Source of the DNA: an uncultured Candidatus Saccharibacteria bacterium
Lineage (GTDB): Bacteria; Patescibacteriota; Doudnabacteria; UBA920
Reading direction: 5' to 3'
DNA length: 64,000 nucleotides
Assembly (NCBI GenBank): GCA_964348935.1
Contig: CAYGEJ010000004.1
Coordinates: 4,538-68,537 of the forward strand
Both the position numbers and the translations under genes were made by a program. This document shows positions 18,228 through 27,786 of the stretch, in pieces (positions within the stretch are counted from its first letter, which is position 1; every line of letters begins with the position of its first letter). Below the pieces are notes generated by a model. That model saw nothing but the letters and a program-made list of their open reading frames with translations. It had not been told where the DNA came from and searched no databases.

Positions 18228-20522
18228 ATGAAAAATAACACTGTCCAAATAAAAGGTATGCATTGTGCTTCTTGCTCAAATATTATTGAGAAGACTTTTA
18301 AAAAAATCAGCGGCGTAGAATCTGCAGAAGTAAGCTATGCCACGGAAAAAGCTAAAATTGCCTTCGATCCGACAAAAACCAGTTTACATGAACTCTCCAA
18401 ACACATTGAACCGCTTGGCTATTCCATAGACCTTCCCAAAACTGCTGAAGAAATGGGTATGTCCGCCAACGAACACGCTGAGCATATGGGCCTGAACCAA
18501 TCAAAAAAAGAAAAATTGGCCGAGGTAGCCGATATGAAAACCAAAGTATTCACCGCAATTCCGCTTGCGGTATTTAGTGTGTTGGTAATGAGTTGGGATT
18601 CTTTAGTCCAACTCAAGCTTATTTCTGAAATGACTCCTACAATCTACCAATTTATTCACCACTTGTTACCAATTTTTGCCACTTACATACTCTTTGTAAT
18701 TGGCAAGCCTTACTTGTTAGGCTTTTATCGTTTCCTCCGCTACGGCAAAGCCAATATGGACTCTTTAATAGGAATTGGCACCTCGGTCGCCTTTTTGTAT
18801 AGTTTTATAATTACCGCGTTTGAAAATCCCCTCCGTCCGTTTATAAATGTCGATCAAACTTACTACGATGTTACTATTGTAGTAATTGCTTTTATTACCC
18901 TTGGAAAATATTTGGAAGCCAAGGCAAAAATAAAAACCGGAGATGCTATAGAAAAATTGCTCAATCTTCAAGCAAAATCCGCACTGGTAATTCGCGACGG
19001 TCAACAACTGGAAATTCCTATCACTCAAGTCACCCATGGCGACAATATTGTAGTCAAACCGGGTGCCCGTATTCCTGTAGATGGGGTGGTTACCGAAGGC
19101 TCTTCTTTTGTAGACGAATCTATGATTACCGGAGAACCTATGCCCGTAGAAAAAAAACTTAATCAGTCGGTAGTCGCAGGGACAATTAATACAACCGGGT
19201 CATTTATTTTTAAAGCCACTAAAGTTGGTGCTGAAACCCTGCTGGCCAACATAATTAAAATGGTTGAGGAAGCTCAGGGAAGCAGGGCTCCGATTCAGGC
19301 ACTGGCAGACAAAATATCCGCGATCTTTGTGCCTATAGTTTTAGTACTGGCCTTTGCCACATTAAGCGCCTGGTTAATTTTAGGTAGCACCACGTTTGGC
19401 TTTTCTCAAGCTCTTTCTTACGGTTTAACTTCGCTAGTGGGGATTTTAATTATTGCTTGCCCATGCGCGCTTGGTCTGGCTACACCAACCGCAATAATTG
19501 TCGGGGTTGGAAAAGGAGCTAAAGAAGGAATATTAATTAAAGATGCTGCGACTTTAGAAAAATTGCACAATGTCACTGCTGTTGTTGTAGATAAAACCGG
19601 CACTATTACCAAAGGTAAGCCCGAACTGGTCGGTATACAAAATTTATCCAAACTTGCAGATTCAAAACTTATTTCTATTCTCGCTAGTCTTGAAAATAAA
19701 TCCGAGCATCCAATTGCTCACGCCATAATGGAATATGCTAAAATCAAAAATATTCCGCTATCTGAACTTTCTAATTTTGAAATAATTCAAGGCCGTGGTC
19801 TTAAAGCCACGATTGAAAATATAGAATACTTTGCCGGCAATCTTCTATTAATCTCTGAACTACATTTAACTCTGAATTTACAAAATATTGAACGCGACAC
19901 CTTACAAGGTAAAACTCCTATTGTTCTCGCCACCAAAGAACAAGTTCTTGGGGTGTTTATGGTGGCAGACGCAATTAAACCGGAAAGCTTTGCAGCAGTA
20001 AAAAACCTTCACAAAATTGGAATTAAAGTAATTATGCTTACTGGCGACCATAAAAATACCGCGGAAGCTATTGCCAAGGAGGTTGGAATAGACGAAGTAG
20101 TAGCCGAAGTATTACCTGAAGATAAACTTAATAAAATTAAAGCATTGCATACCCAAGGCTTTATTGTAGCTATGGCTGGTGACGGCATCAACGACGCCCC
20201 TGCTCTGGCTGCGGCCGATGTCGGGATCGCTATGGGAACTGGTACAGATGTAGCCATAGAAACCGCAGGAATTATTCTGCTCAATGGCGATATATCCAAG
20301 CTGGTAAAAGCAATTCACTTATCCAAATTCACTATGCGAGGCATTAGACAAAATTTATTCTGGGCATTTATATACAATATAGTTGGAATTCCACTAGCCA
20401 GCGGAATATTCTTTCCGTTCTTTGGCTGGCTATTGTCTCCGGTATTCGCCGGACTGGCTATGGCGCTATCCAGCGTTTCCGTGGTTAGTAACTCATTAAG
20501 ACTCAAGACTAAAAAATTATAA
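18228..20522 (+). CDS. copA: Copper-translocating P1B-type ATPase
   Basis: N-terminal HMA domain GMHCASCS. TM CPC motif (IIACPCALGLATP). DKTGTIT phosphorylation site. GDGINDAP. TM7/8 YN and M-x-x-SS motifs typical of the Cu(I) subtype. Confidence 0.9.
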   Translation: MKNNTVQIKGMHCASCSNIIEKTFKKISGVESAEVSYATEKAKIAFDPTKTSLHELSKHIEPLGYSIDLPKTAEEMGMSANEHAEHMGLNQSKKEKLAEVADMKTKVFTAIPLAVFSVLVMSWDSLVQLKLISEMTPTIYQFIHHLLPIFATYILFVIGKPYLLGFYRFLRYGKANMDSLIGIGTSVAFLYSFIITAFENPLRPFINVDQTYYDVTIVVIAFITLGKYLEAKAKIKTGDAIEKLLNLQAKSALVIRDGQQLEIPITQVTHGDNIVVKPGARIPVDGVVTEGSSFVDESMITGEPMPVEKKLNQSVVAGTINTTGSFIFKATKVGAETLLANIIKMVEEAQGSRAPIQALADKISAIFVPIVLVLAFATLSAWLILGSTTFGFSQALSYGLTSLVGILIIACPCALGLATPTAIIVGVGKGAKEGILIKDAATLEKLHNVTAVVVDKTGTITKGKPELVGIQNLSKLADSKLISILASLENKSEHPIAHAIMEYAKIKNIPLSELSNFEIIQGRGLKATIENIEYFAGNLLLISELHLTLNLQNIERDTLQGKTPIVLATKEQVLGVFMVADAIKPESFAAVKNLHKIGIKVIMLTGDHKNTAEAIAKEVGIDEVVAEVLPEDKLNKIKALHTQGFIVAMAGDGINDAPALAAADVGIAMGTGTDVAIETAGIILLNGDISKLVKAIHLSKFTMRGIRQNLFWAFIYNIVGIPLASGIFFPFFGWLLSPVFAGLAMALSSVSVVSNSLRLKTKKL

Positions 20523-20532
20523 ACACCCCTAT

Positions 20533-21588
20533 ATGAACACTAATGAACAAACATATACTTTCCACGTCCACGGCATGCACTGTAAAGCCTGTGTAGTACT
20601 CACAGAAAGCGAACTCATGACCAACCCAAATATTTCCCAAGCCAAGTCTTTTCTTGACTCACGCACTGTGAAAATTACCGGACAATTCGGAGAAAAGAAT
20701 CCTGTGGCAATTGCCGAAGAGCTCAGTAAAATTTTAAAGCCTTACGGATATACCCTTGGTTTGGAAAAAGAAAAATTCTTGGTGAATTGGGCAGACTTTA
20801 AATTTGCCGTCCCATTCGCATTTGGTTTTATTGGCTTATTTATTATCTTACAAAAACTCGGAATTGTGAATTTAGTTACCGCCTCCGAAGTTGGTTACGG
20901 CACGGCATTTGTAATCGGCCTTATTGCCTCAGTCTCTACTTGCATGGCTGTAGTGGGAGGACTAGTACTTTCCATGTCCGCCAGCTTTGCCAAGGAAGAA
21001 AACAATTTAAATACTTCAACCCCTTATAAACTTCAACCCCAAATCTTTTTCCATGTTGGACGCCTAGTATCTTTTTTTGTACTAGGCGGAGTTATTGGTC
21101 TTTTAGGTTCTGCATTTCAGCTTGGCGTTACCGGAACATTCATACTCAACTTCATTATTGCCGTAGTATTATTAATATTAGGAATTAATCTGCTTGATAT
21201 TTTCCCCGGCTTTAAAAAATTCCAACCCACACTTCCTGGCTTTCTTGGCAAACGAATCCATAATTTAAAAAATTTCAACCATATTTTAACACCAATACTT
21301 ATTGGCATAGCCACTTTTTTTCTCCCCTGTGGTTTTACTCAATCTATGCAAATATATGCTTTAAGTACTGGTAATTTTTTAACAGGAGCTTTAATTATGC
21401 TGGCTTTTGCCTTGGGTACATTTCCGGTCTTAGCACTCTTAAGTATTAGTTCACTTGGTATTCATAAAAAAACTCAAACCGGAATTTTCTTTAAGACTGC
21501 TGGGTTAGTAGTTATTTTCTTCGGTATTTTTAACCTTTTAAACGCTCTGGTAGCTGGCGGATATATTCCTCCGCTGTTTAACTTTTAA
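20533..21588 (+). CDS. HMA (heavy-metal-associated) domain fused to a polytopic permease (TauE/SafE- or DsbD/CcdA-like). Putative metal transporter or chaperone-permease.
   Basis: N-terminal GMHCKACVV CxxC ferredoxin-like HMA fold followed by about 8 TM helices with Gly-rich repeats. Confidence 0.6.
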   Translation: MNTNEQTYTFHVHGMHCKACVVLTESELMTNPNISQAKSFLDSRTVKITGQFGEKNPVAIAEELSKILKPYGYTLGLEKEKFLVNWADFKFAVPFAFGFIGLFIILQKLGIVNLVTASEVGYGTAFVIGLIASVSTCMAVVGGLVLSMSASFAKEENNLNTSTPYKLQPQIFFHVGRLVSFFVLGGVIGLLGSAFQLGVTGTFILNFIIAVVLLILGINLLDIFPGFKKFQPTLPGFLGKRIHNLKNFNHILTPILIGIATFFLPCGFTQSMQIYALSTGNFLTGALIMLAFALGTFPVLALLSISSLGIHKKTQTGIFFKTAGLVVIFFGIFNLLNALVAGGYIPPLFNF

Positions 21589-21615
21589 TAATAATTTGTT
21601 AAACTGATATTATAT

Positions 21616-22014
21616 ATGAAAACTATTATAACATTTGTATTGCTTTCTATTTTAGTAATTGTGGGGACAATTATAAGTATTCAAGGCGACAACCCTACGC
21701 CAAATTCCAATTCGAACGAAACTTTAAGCAATATTACTACTGCAGAAGGTAAACAAATTATAAATATCAAAGCCAAGGGCGGGTACAGCCCAAAAATTAC
21801 CGAGGGCAAAGCCGAGACTCCAACCATTATTCGGTTAGCCACTCAAGGAACTTTTGACTGCTCGGCCAGCTTAACAATTCCCAGCTTGAATATTCGTAAA
21901 AATCTTTCCCCAACCGGAAATACTGACATTGAAATTCCACCTCAAAAAGCCGGAACTAAGCTTTTAGGCATCTGCTCAATGGGAATGTATAATTTTGCCA
22001 TTAATTTTAACTAA
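21616..22014 (+). CDS. Secreted small protein in the cop operon (possible cupredoxin/Ig-like fold), hypothetical
   Basis: Signal peptide or TM (ITFVLLSILVIVGTIISI). Position immediately after the cop genes. One Cys pair, one Met-rich spot. Confidence 0.4.
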   Translation: MKTIITFVLLSILVIVGTIISIQGDNPTPNSNSNETLSNITTAEGKQIINIKAKGGYSPKITEGKAETPTIIRLATQGTFDCSASLTIPSLNIRKNLSPTGNTDIEIPPQKAGTKLLGICSMGMYNFAINFN

Positions 22015-22083
22015 ACAGCTTAAACCACTTTTATTACAGGTAACTTTTTACACTTTCTGAACAATTTTAATCAGACCTATTAA

Positions 22084-22167
22084 GGGCAGTCTTGGCTGGA
22101 CTTTATAGAATGTTTTACCAATTGGGCCGCACCACTAGCGCTGTATTTCTTTTACAAGAATAACTAG
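22084..22167 (+). pseudogene. Remnant of a DoxX-like gene (C-terminal 26 codons only). Diverged paralog of the 12968..13336 C-terminus.
   Basis: Translates to G(Q)SWLDFIECFTNWAAPLALYFFYKNN*, against SWLDFIERFANWAAPLALYFFYQSKNNK* at the end of 12968..13336. Preceded by an in-frame stop and no start. Confidence 0.5.
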
Positions 22168-22213
22168 AAATAAAATGCTATAATATATTAAGTTAATAAT
22201 TAATAAAAAAATT

Positions 22214-22507
22214 ATGATTATAGTTCATGACATATTCGTTTGCAAACCAGGCAATGCCTCTAAGCTTGCCAAGTTATTTAAGGAAGTAATGGCAAATAGC
22301 AAAGAACTGCTAAATATCCTTACAGATGTCACAGGCCAGTATAATAGGGTTATAATGGTCACCCAGTTTGAAAATTTAACCGCCTATGAAAAGTTTATGG
22401 AAGGATATAAAAACCCTTCTGAAGAACAGAAACAAATGTTTTCCAAAATGCAAGGGTATACAGAACTATATATGACTGGCACTAGGGAAATATACCAAGT
22501 AATGTAA
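22214..22507 (+). CDS. Hypothetical protein (97 aa)
   Basis: ORF with a downstream intrinsic terminator (22533..22560). Confidence 0.5.
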   Translation: MIIVHDIFVCKPGNASKLAKLFKEVMANSKELLNILTDVTGQYNRVIMVTQFENLTAYEKFMEGYKNPSEEQKQMFSKMQGYTELYMTGTREIYQVM

Positions 22508-22532
22508 AAAAACACCCTAAACTAATGTTTTT

Positions 22533-22560
22533 AAGCCTAGACAACGTCTAGGCTTTTTGT
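22533..22560 (+). terminator. Intrinsic terminator (AGCCTAG ACAACGT CTAGGCT + TTTTGT)
   Basis: Seen directly. Confidence 0.6.
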
Positions 22561-22628
22561 TACTATATTAAATCCCTTGCAATGAGTGTTAGAAGTAAGC
22601 AAGGGAAAACTGCAGGAGGAACTGCAAA

Positions 22629-22787
22629 ATGCCGGCTGTTGAAGAACCCATTGAATCACCAGTCAAGCCACCCAATCCGTTAGATCCCAGAATTTCTCCC
22701 GATACGCACCGAGAAGAGCGTATTCCAACGCCTTTCCGACCGCGTACTATCCCAAAACCAACTCGGTATGAACCGAGCAAGAACTGA
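22629..22787 (+). CDS. Small proline-rich protein (52 aa) inside a GC-rich islet. Alternative to the 85-aa minus-strand ORF of the track.
   Basis: RBS GGAGG 9 nt upstream of the ATG. Hairpins flank it on both sides, and the downstream one (CACAAGCGAG...CTCGCTTGTG + CTTTT) is terminator-like. The opposite-strand ORF has no RBS and spans that hairpin. Confidence 0.3.
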   Translation: MPAVEEPIESPVKPPNPLDPRISPDTHREERIPTPFRPRTIPKPTRYEPSKN

Positions 22788-22887
22788 ACGTGACAACCTA
22801 GCACAAGCGAGACTGGAGGACTCGCTTGTGCTTTTAATATGTCCATACTAATTTTGTATTCTTAAAATTTAGGAATATAATACTAAT

Positions 22888-23958
22888 ATGGGTAATATAA
22901 ACAAAAAATATTATATTTTTATACTGCTATCGCTGGTTATAGGTATTACCTATAAATTTTTTCTTACAAAAGAAACCAGTTTCTCAACTGAACATACACC
23001 AATAGTTATGTCTGCAGAAACAATAATACCTGAATCAGAAAAACCAAAATTAAATATTGTAGATTACGACAAAAAAATACTTGAAAATGCCAACCTTCAA
23101 GTTCAAACCATATCCAGCTCTTCCACATCCACTCTATCTTCATCCGCCTGGCCAGTAAAAACTACTTACCCTAACTTCGGCGCACTACTCCCCTTTAACC
23201 GTATTGTTGCCTATTATGGCAATTTATATTCCAAATATATGGGCGTACTTGGTGAATACCCGGAAAATATAATGCTGGATAAATTACTTGTTGAAGTAAA
23301 TAAATGGGAGAAGGCAGACCCGAAAACTGCAGTTATTCCAGCGCTACATTATATTGCAGTCGTCGCGCAGGCCGGTCCGGGACGCGATGGAAAATACCGA
23401 GCTCGAATGCCAGACAAAGAAATAGATAAAGTGCTATCTATTGCAAAAAAGATAAACGCTTTAGTCTTTTTAGACATTCAACTTGGCTTTAGTAATTTGG
23501 AAACAGAACTACCGCTTTTGAAAAAATATTTAAAGCTACCCAACGTGCATTTAGGAATAGATCCTGAATTTGCCATGCCCGGAAGCAAACGACCCGGAAC
23601 AGTTATTGGGACACTAGATGCCAAACAAATCAATATTGCCGCGAACTTTCTAGCCACAACTGTGCAAGAAAATAATTTAACCCCAAAAATTTTAGTCATC
23701 CATCGCTTTACCAAACCCATGGTAACCAACTACAAAAATATAACCCCTCTCCCAGAAGTTCAAATAGTCATAGATATGGATGGTTTTGGCAGTCGGGGTA
23801 GCAAACTCAATACCTACAAACAATACATAACCAAAGAACCTGTACAATTTACAGGCTTTAAACTTTTTTACAAAAATGATATTGTAAACAGTACTATTTT
23901 AACTCCTGAAGATCTACTGAAACTCACCCCCATACCACTGTATATTCAATTTCAATAA
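22888..23958 (+). CDS. Hypothetical membrane-anchored protein (356 aa), possibly a TIM-barrel glycoside-hydrolase-like domain
   Basis: N-terminal TM. Ser-rich linker. Conserved-looking LGIDPEF and ALVFLDIQLG segments. Assignment uncertain. Confidence 0.5.
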   Translation: MGNINKKYYIFILLSLVIGITYKFFLTKETSFSTEHTPIVMSAETIIPESEKPKLNIVDYDKKILENANLQVQTISSSSTSTLSSSAWPVKTTYPNFGALLPFNRIVAYYGNLYSKYMGVLGEYPENIMLDKLLVEVNKWEKADPKTAVIPALHYIAVVAQAGPGRDGKYRARMPDKEIDKVLSIAKKINALVFLDIQLGFSNLETELPLLKKYLKLPNVHLGIDPEFAMPGSKRPGTVIGTLDAKQINIAANFLATTVQENNLTPKILVIHRFTKPMVTNYKNITPLPEVQIVIDMDGFGSRGSKLNTYKQYITKEPVQFTGFKLFYKNDIVNSTILTPEDLLKLTPIPLYIQFQ

Positions 23959-23960
23959 TT

Positions 23961-24521
23961 ATGATATTTTATAACAAACAAAAAGAAATTTTAAAACTCC
24001 AAAAGCTCATTAATCTACATACAGCTGACTCTATTGCGGATATTGGAGCTGGTATTGGTTTCTATTCTCTTGGCTTTTCTAAAATTGTCGAGAATTCAGG
24101 TATGGTGTTTGCAACAGAATTTAAAAGCCAACTTCTATTAACCTTAGGTAATAAAATCAAATCCAATAGAATTACAAATATTACTTTATTGCAAAGTAGT
24201 AACGATAATTGTAATCTTCAAGAAAATTCAGTTGATTACATTTTTTTGAGAGGTGTATACCACCATCTTTCAAACCCTATTAAATTCAATAGTAGTTTAT
24301 ACAAAGCACTTAAACAAACTGGCAAGTTAGTAATTATTGACTTCCCTCCAAAATTTTTTTTATCTTTATTTTCACCAGTAAAAAATGTACCCGCAAATAG
24401 AAAAGGTCATGGGATTAGCCAAGAAATTTTAGTTAATGAAATGAGCGATGCAGGATTTAAATTAGAACAGGCAATTCCAAATTGGGTTTGGGGTAGGTAT
24501 TGTTTAGTATTTAAGAAATAA
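23961..24521 (+). CDS. Class I SAM-dependent methyltransferase
   Basis: Motif I DIGAGIGFYSLGF and overall Rossmann-MTase spacing. Confidence 0.7.
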   Translation: MIFYNKQKEILKLQKLINLHTADSIADIGAGIGFYSLGFSKIVENSGMVFATEFKSQLLLTLGNKIKSNRITNITLLQSSNDNCNLQENSVDYIFLRGVYHHLSNPIKFNSSLYKALKQTGKLVIIDFPPKFFLSLFSPVKNVPANRKGHGISQEILVNEMSDAGFKLEQAIPNWVWGRYCLVFKK

Positions 24522-24818
24522 ATGAATAAATTTAAACTTAAAAGCAAAGTTTGGGTTTACCCCGGCATGTCAGCATGGAGGTTTGTAAATTTGCCCCAAA
24601 AAGACTCAGCTCTTATTAAAAAATTATTTAACGGGCTAACGAGAGGCTTTGGCTCGTTGCCGGTTATGGTCACGGTAGGGCAAACATCCTGGAAAACCTC
24701 TATTTTTCCAGACAAAAAAGCAGGAGCTTATTTGCTCCCGCTCAAAAGCGAAGTTAGAAAAAAAGAAAAAATTCTAGACAATCAAATGCTGAGTTTTAAA
24801 CTAGAAATTTTAATTTAA
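24522..24818 (+). CDS. DUF1905 domain protein
   Basis: WRFVNLPQ ... RGFGSLPVMVTVGQTSWKTSIFPDKK ... YLLPLK pattern. Confidence 0.65.
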   Translation: MNKFKLKSKVWVYPGMSAWRFVNLPQKDSALIKKLFNGLTRGFGSLPVMVTVGQTSWKTSIFPDKKAGAYLLPLKSEVRKKEKILDNQMLSFKLEILI

Positions 24819-24822
24819 ACTC

Positions 24823-25671
24823 CTAATGCTCTACAAGTAAATTAAAGTCTGTAGCTACTAATTCCAAAAGAGTTTTTTTATTCTTACTCCAATCACCTTT
24901 TAAATCATCGGTGAGTTCCACTGTTATTGCCGGTTTACCGTAAGCTTCCTCAAACCACTTAGTGGCAGTACCCGGAAAATCCCAATAATCATAATAAGTA
25001 TAACCAGCGCTTTTGGCGTACCATTTTGCCAAAGTAATTGAAGCCTTGCCACCTTCAGGAGAGACTAAAGCACCCTCGGCATGAAAAGCTATCATTGCCA
25101 CAGGTTTATACTCTTCCACAACCTGTTTTAAAACTTGACTCTCTTTTTCCGAAAAAGGAAATTCACCGGCAAAAGTCCCTAGAGGTCCGTATTTTTGCCA
25201 ATCTTTTGTTTGAAAATTTAAATTTAAATTTACGCCTCTGGAGTTTAATTTATCTGTTCGGTCATAGTAACCATCCGGATTTGCAATAGGGATAATAACC
25301 AATTTTGTTGTCGATGCTACCAATTCAGGATCCGACTGTAACTCCTCCGCAAAAACATTCAATAAATCCGTAGTTCCAATTTCGTCTCCGTGCAAAGAAG
25401 CGTGGATTAGTATTACGTTCGCACCCCAACCAACTTCATAACCTTCAATCGTTCTTCCAGTTTCCGAATAACCAAAGACTTTCTTATTAAAAAAATAATC
25501 GTCCTCGGATTCCTCAACAGGAGGTTCAGCTTCGGTTAAAGTTACCCCTTGTACCTCAGGTTCAATAATTGAATTCTGTTTTTTTGCACTAACAAAATAA
25601 ACGTATAACCCAATAGCGATTAAACACAAAATAAATATTCCTTTTATTTTTATACTTCTGTTAACCACCAT
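24823..25671 (-). CDS. M14-family zinc carboxypeptidase-like protein (gamma-D-Glu-mDAP peptidase / MpaA-like), membrane anchored
   Basis: N-terminal TM. HASLHGDE zinc-binding HxxE. A second His in FHAEG. Confidence 0.7.
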   Translation of the reverse strand: MVVNRSIKIKGIFILCLIAIGLYVYFVSAKKQNSIIEPEVQGVTLTEAEPPVEESEDDYFFNKKVFGYSETGRTIEGYEVGWGANVILIHASLHGDEIGTTDLLNVFAEELQSDPELVASTTKLVIIPIANPDGYYDRTDKLNSRGVNLNLNFQTKDWQKYGPLGTFAGEFPFSEKESQVLKQVVEEYKPVAMIAFHAEGALVSPEGGKASITLAKWYAKSAGYTYYDYWDFPGTATKWFEEAYGKPAITVELTDDLKGDWSKNKKTLLELVATDFNLLVEH

Positions 25672-25760
25672 TTTGTAAGTATTATTTATTTTTCAATTCT
25701 ATGTGTAATTTATTTTAGCACATAGAAGCTCTATTACCACCGTACCTTGAAAATTAGGTT

Positions 25761-27227
25761 TTATAGTGAACTTAAATCTATAGTATTATCGATTCTAATT
25801 TGCGAAACAAAATCTGGAATATGGGAGACCATAAGCATAGCTCCTTGAAATTCGCTTAATGCCTGGGCAATAATTGGTAAATGGCGGAAATTAATATGAT
25901 TTGTAGGCTCGTCTAAAATTAATAAACCCGGCTTCATTAACACCAAACGGCAAAAGGCCAAAAGTCCTTTTTGTCCTTCAGACAAAGCCATAATTGGCTG
26001 GTCTAAAAGCTTGCCATCGAGCAAGAATCCCGCTGCAGTACTTCGAAGTGCATGGTCGTCAAACTTCTCCATAACATCTTTTAAGGCATCATAAGCTTTT
26101 TCTTCAAAATTCATGTTGCCAAAATCTTGTTTATAGTAACCCACTTTAATATCTTTGGCGATTTTAAAGCCTTCGCCTTCACCTTGAGCAATCTTCTCGA
26201 GCATAGTGCTTTTCCCTATTCCATTCGGTCCGGCAATTAAAACGTGAGAGTTTTTTCTAGCGGTAAATTCCAAATCTTTCATTACGGCTTGACCGTTTTT
26301 AATTGCAGAAACAGCTGTAAATTCAATAATCTTCCCGTCAAAAAATTTGTCGAACTCTTGGCAAGGAATGTTAAACTCACGAATAGTCCGGTCTTCCTGC
26401 CTAACGTTCACAATACTCTCGGTAGCCTCTTCTGCAGATTCTCGCATTCGCTTAGCAACAGCACGAAGCTTACCACCCTTATGAGCAAAAACCTCGGCTT
26501 GAGCAAGTTTCTCTTTTATTTGTGACTGCATACGGGCATTCTGTAAATTTTCACGTTCTATTCTATTTTTAATCTCTTCCACCACATCATAGTAATTCCC
26601 GGCATACTGTTCTAATTTATGAGTATGTACGTCCAAATATAATACGCCGTCTGAGAAAGCGTTCAAAAAATCCGCATCGTGAGAAATAACAATCACAGTT
26701 TTTTCATACATCATTAAAAACCCGGTCAAATGTTCTATTCCTTGCTGGTCTAAATTGTTAGTCGGCTCGTCTAGCAATAAAATATCTGGGTTTTGAATAA
26801 GCGCATGTGCAAGTAAAAGACGAGCTTGTTGTCCACCAGAAAGCTCTTTAACTTTTCGCTCCAGTGGCAAGTCTACATTTACCACTTCAAAAATTTCTTT
26901 AATAAGTTTATCTAAATTATATTTCTTTTCTGTAAAAGCGGTGGCAAAATAATCCCGTACGGAAAGCTCGGCCATATCTTTAGGCATAACTTGTCTGGCA
27001 ATTGCAATACTGGCATCGCGCGGGGTTAAATTAATACTCCCATCCTGAGGTTTTAATTCGCCGGTAATCATTTTAAACAAAGAACTTTTTCCTGCCCCAT
27101 TTTGACCCATTAAAGTTATCCTGCTTCCACTACGAAGCGAAAAACTAGCCTCATCTAAAATGTGCTTATTGTGTCCATATTCAAAGGTAACATCACTAAA
27201 TCTAAGTACTACGTTTTCGTTGGCCAT
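25761..27227 (-). CDS. ABC-F family ATPase (two tandem ABC domains, no TM domain)
   Basis: Two Walker A motifs (GQNGAGKSS, GPNGIGKST). Two signature LSGGQ-type motifs (LSGGQQARL, LSEGQKGLL). Two Walker B LLLDEPTN/LILDEPTN. Confidence 0.85.
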   Translation of the reverse strand: MANENVVLRFSDVTFEYGHNKHILDEASFSLRSGSRITLMGQNGAGKSSLFKMITGELKPQDGSINLTPRDASIAIARQVMPKDMAELSVRDYFATAFTEKKYNLDKLIKEIFEVVNVDLPLERKVKELSGGQQARLLLAHALIQNPDILLLDEPTNNLDQQGIEHLTGFLMMYEKTVIVISHDADFLNAFSDGVLYLDVHTHKLEQYAGNYYDVVEEIKNRIERENLQNARMQSQIKEKLAQAEVFAHKGGKLRAVAKRMRESAEEATESIVNVRQEDRTIREFNIPCQEFDKFFDGKIIEFTAVSAIKNGQAVMKDLEFTARKNSHVLIAGPNGIGKSTMLEKIAQGEGEGFKIAKDIKVGYYKQDFGNMNFEEKAYDALKDVMEKFDDHALRSTAAGFLLDGKLLDQPIMALSEGQKGLLAFCRLVLMKPGLLILDEPTNHINFRHLPIIAQALSEFQGAMLMVSHIPDFVSQIRIDNTIDLSSL

Positions 27228-27323
27228 GTTGTAAGTTAATTGGTGATAAAAAATTATCCCGTACTTTTAAAATCGGGATAATTTATGAAAATATTATATT
27301 ATATTTTGCTTGCAAAGTCAACC

Positions 27324-27740
27324 TTAAACACTAAGGACTTGAGTACAAAAAGCACAGCGCTTTGCATCTTTTGGAATTTCACTAAAACATTCCGGACATT
27401 TTTTAGTCGAAGGATCTGCCGGTGCTTCTTTCTTAGACCTCGACACCAGGGCGTTAACTGGAGTAACAACAAAAAAATAAATTGTGGCAGCCACTAGAAT
27501 AAAAGAAATTAAATGATTAACAAAACTTCCAAGCATAAATTTACTACCATTAACTGTAAAATACCAACCGGAAAGATCAGGAATTTTTGCAATCGCACCA
27601 ATAAATGGAGTTAGTATATCGGCAACCAGTGAACCCACTACTGCACTAAAAGCCGCTCCAATAACAACACCAACAGCCAGGTCCACAACGTTTCCTCTTA
27701 ATATAAACTGTTTAAAGCCCTTTAATGCATTTTTAATCAT
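27324..27740 (-). CDS. mscL: Large-conductance mechanosensitive channel MscL with a C-terminal C4 zinc-ribbon extension
   Basis: FILRGNVVDLAVGVVIGAAF and a second TM. C-terminus CPECFSEIPKDAKRCAFC. Confidence 0.8.
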   Translation of the reverse strand: MIKNALKGFKQFILRGNVVDLAVGVVIGAAFSAVVGSLVADILTPFIGAIAKIPDLSGWYFTVNGSKFMLGSFVNHLISFILVAATIYFFVVTPVNALVSRSKKEAPADPSTKKCPECFSEIPKDAKRCAFCTQVLSV

Positions 27741-27786
27741 ATTATTATCATTAATTTCATACCTTATATATTATACTTTCTTTACT

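Noticed and set aside
22589-22846. 85-aa minus-strand ORF in the GC-rich islet
   Set aside because: It has no RBS and its N-terminus is encoded by the plus-strand terminator hairpin. The plus-strand 52-aa ORF with GGAGG is more plausible. A non-coding RNA remains possible.
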